A model generated the notes under the pieces. It did no database searches. It was not told where the DNA came from and worked only from the letters and a program-made list of their open reading frames with translations. Positions 62,277-64,000 of a stretch of DNA of 64,000 nucleotides are shown piece by piece (position 1 is the first letter of the stretch; each line of letters starts with the position of its first letter). The stretch is taken from NCBI GenBank assembly GCA_963836235.1, contig CAWIIP010000002.1, positions 1,376,001-1,440,000 on the forward strand, given 5' to 3'. The stretch is from an uncultured Pseudomonadota bacterium. Lineage in GTDB: Bacteria > Oederibacteriota > Muellerivitia > Muellerivitales > Muellerivitaceae. A program made the position numbers and the translations under genes.

Positions 62277-63773
62277 ATGGCACCCTGGGCGAACTTAAAA
62301 TTGAAGGACCGGCTTATTTTCAGCGTGGCGGTGATGGCCGTCTCCATGGTTCTGATCGTCGGCCTGGGCTATCACCTTTCGTCCAAAGCCTATGAAACTC
62401 TCAACGGGGTCTACGAAAAGACAAACGTGAAGACCATCGCGGGCGTGGGGCTGTCGGACGCTTACTCCAAGGATTTGGTAACCCTGGTTTACAAACTGTC
62501 CTCGGGGGCTTATCCCTGGGAAGTCGGTTTGGGGCGCTTGTCGGAAATCGAGGATGAGATCCGGACGAATCTCCAGACGCTTCACCAAGCGGCCTTGGAT
62601 GAGGATGAAAAATATTTACTGCGGGACATCGAGGCCAAGACGGTGGTGGCCAACGCTTTCCTGGCGCGGTTGAAACCGGTTCTTCAAAAACACGATGGAA
62701 CCACCTTGCGGGCCCTAGACCGTGCGTTATACCCCTCGGTTGAGCCGGTCAGCTATCGGGTTCAACTTTTGTTGAATTATGAGTTGGGGCTTTCCAAACA
62801 ATTGGCCCAGGAAAACCAAGCGGCCTTTCACACCTCCTATTATGAATGGATGGGGTTTTGGACCTTCCTTTGCATTTTTACCCTTTCCCTCTTGGTCGCC
62901 AGGCACCTGCAGCGGACCGTCTCCACTCCCTTGAGCCATCTGGTGGGAAGGATGCGGGATATCGCGCGGGGCGAGGGGGATATGACTCAAAGACTTCAGG
63001 TGCAAAGCCAGGATGAGATGGGGCAGGTGGCAGAAGCCTTTAATACTTTCGTCGAAAAACTGCAGACCGTCTCGGATATGAAACTGGACCTGATTTCAGT
63101 GGTATCCCATCAATTGAAAACACCGGTGGCCGAAATCAACGGTTTCATTGAGAACATGTTGGAAGGCCTGGCGGGTGAAATGACCGACAAGCAAAAACAA
63201 TACCTGGAGGAGATGCGGGACATCGGCTGGGATAACTACCGTCTTATCTGTGACTTATTAAGCGCGTCGAAGATCGAGAGGGGCGTCATCACGGTGGATT
63301 TGAAGCGGGTTTCCCTCCGGGAAGTGGTGGAACTTTCGACAAGGGATTACGAAAAATTAGCCCGTCAAAAGGGCTTAAGCTTTTTGGTGGAAGACCCGGG
63401 GCAGGATATTTGGGTTCACGCGGACCGGGACAAGACAGTGGAAGCGCTAAGGAACCTCATCAACAACGCCATCAAATGCACGGACCAGGGATCGGTGACA
63501 GTTCGCTTGGATTCGGAAGAGGCCAATGGCCTCATACAGGTGCGGGACACCGGCATCGGGATGGATCCCGCAACCCTGGACAGATTATTCACCAAAGGCC
63601 GGATGCTAGGTCAAGAGGCGCACCGGTCGGGAGCGGGCTTGGGTCTTTTCATCGGCAAACAGTTCATGAAACTGCAGAACGGGGACATAAGGGCGGCCTC
63701 GGAACCGGGTAAGGGAAGCTGTTTGACCCTTGTCATTCCTAAGTTTAAGCAAAGCGAAGAAGGAACGGTCTGA
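62277..63773 (+). CDS. Sensor histidine kinase (four-helix-bundle sensor, HAMP, HisKA, HATPase)
   Basis: VSHQLKTP, NLINNAIK, DTGIG and GAGLGL are all intact. Confidence 0.93.
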   Translation: MAPWANLKLKDRLIFSVAVMAVSMVLIVGLGYHLSSKAYETLNGVYEKTNVKTIAGVGLSDAYSKDLVTLVYKLSSGAYPWEVGLGRLSEIEDEIRTNLQTLHQAALDEDEKYLLRDIEAKTVVANAFLARLKPVLQKHDGTTLRALDRALYPSVEPVSYRVQLLLNYELGLSKQLAQENQAAFHTSYYEWMGFWTFLCIFTLSLLVARHLQRTVSTPLSHLVGRMRDIARGEGDMTQRLQVQSQDEMGQVAEAFNTFVEKLQTVSDMKLDLISVVSHQLKTPVAEINGFIENMLEGLAGEMTDKQKQYLEEMRDIGWDNYRLICDLLSASKIERGVITVDLKRVSLREVVELSTRDYEKLARQKGLSFLVEDPGQDIWVHADRDKTVEALRNLINNAIKCTDQGSVTVRLDSEEANGLIQVRDTGIGMDPATLDRLFTKGRMLGQEAHRSGAGLGLFIGKQFMKLQNGDIRAASEPGKGSCLTLVIPKFKQSEEGTV

Positions 63774-63844
63774 GACGGGAATAAGGATTAAAGACAAAAA
63801 CATTTCCATTCAAACCGGAAACACAAAAAAACCTCCACAGGTCT

Positions 63845-64000
63845 CTACTTCCCGATACAAAATTTCGTGAAGATATCCTCGAAAGCCTTGGCGGGTAGGT
63901 TGCGACCACGGATACGGCCTATCGCAAGGGCGGCCTCCCTTAGTTCTTCAGCCCAAATCTCGTAAGGCTGCCCGGCAGCCATCAGCTCTTTAAGATTTTC
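63845..64000 (-). CDS. mnmE: tRNA modification GTPase MnmE (TrmE), C-terminal end; partial and not in the ORF track
   Basis: Manual translation ...EIWAEELREAALAIGRIRGRNLPAKAFEDIFTKFCIGK* ends in the diagnostic FCIGK. Confidence 0.93.
   Translation of the reverse strand, partial: ENLKELMAAGQPYEIWAEELREAALAIGRIRGRNLPAKAFEDIFTKFCIGK

Overview
This 64 kb bacterial chromosomal window comes from a diderm, as shown by outer-membrane barrels, a lipoprotein and an RND pump. Thr/Pro-repeat secreted proteins with FlgD-Ig and T9SS-like tails are reminiscent of uncultured lineages such as FCPU426, but this is inference only. The right half holds an origin-type gene cluster in non-canonical order, all on the minus strand: mnmE(3' end), about 15 kb of accessory genes, mnmG-rsmG, a spacer with a parS-like site and DnaA-box-like 9-mers, then recF-dciA-gyrB-gyrA. 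dnaA, dnaN, parA and parB are absent. gyrA overlaps a catalytically degenerate histidine-kinase-like protein with a ~310-aa Pro/Gly tail. The left half holds a large serine recombinase apparently inserted into an alkD-like gene, LysR-leuCD and envelope glycosyltransferases. It also holds a sigma70-HspR-DegP operon whose promoter carries a HAIR-like operator, and a FecR/beta-barrel/lipoprotein trio. A mosaic at 23.7-31.4 kb contains two displaced gene-end duplicates that differ mostly at synonymous sites. Other features are two toxin-antitoxin modules, a frameshifted ABC transporter, several sigma54 promoters and a series of REP-like intergenic palindromes. I saw no rRNA, tRNA or CRISPR array. 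All calls come from reading the sequence by eye; no database searches were run.
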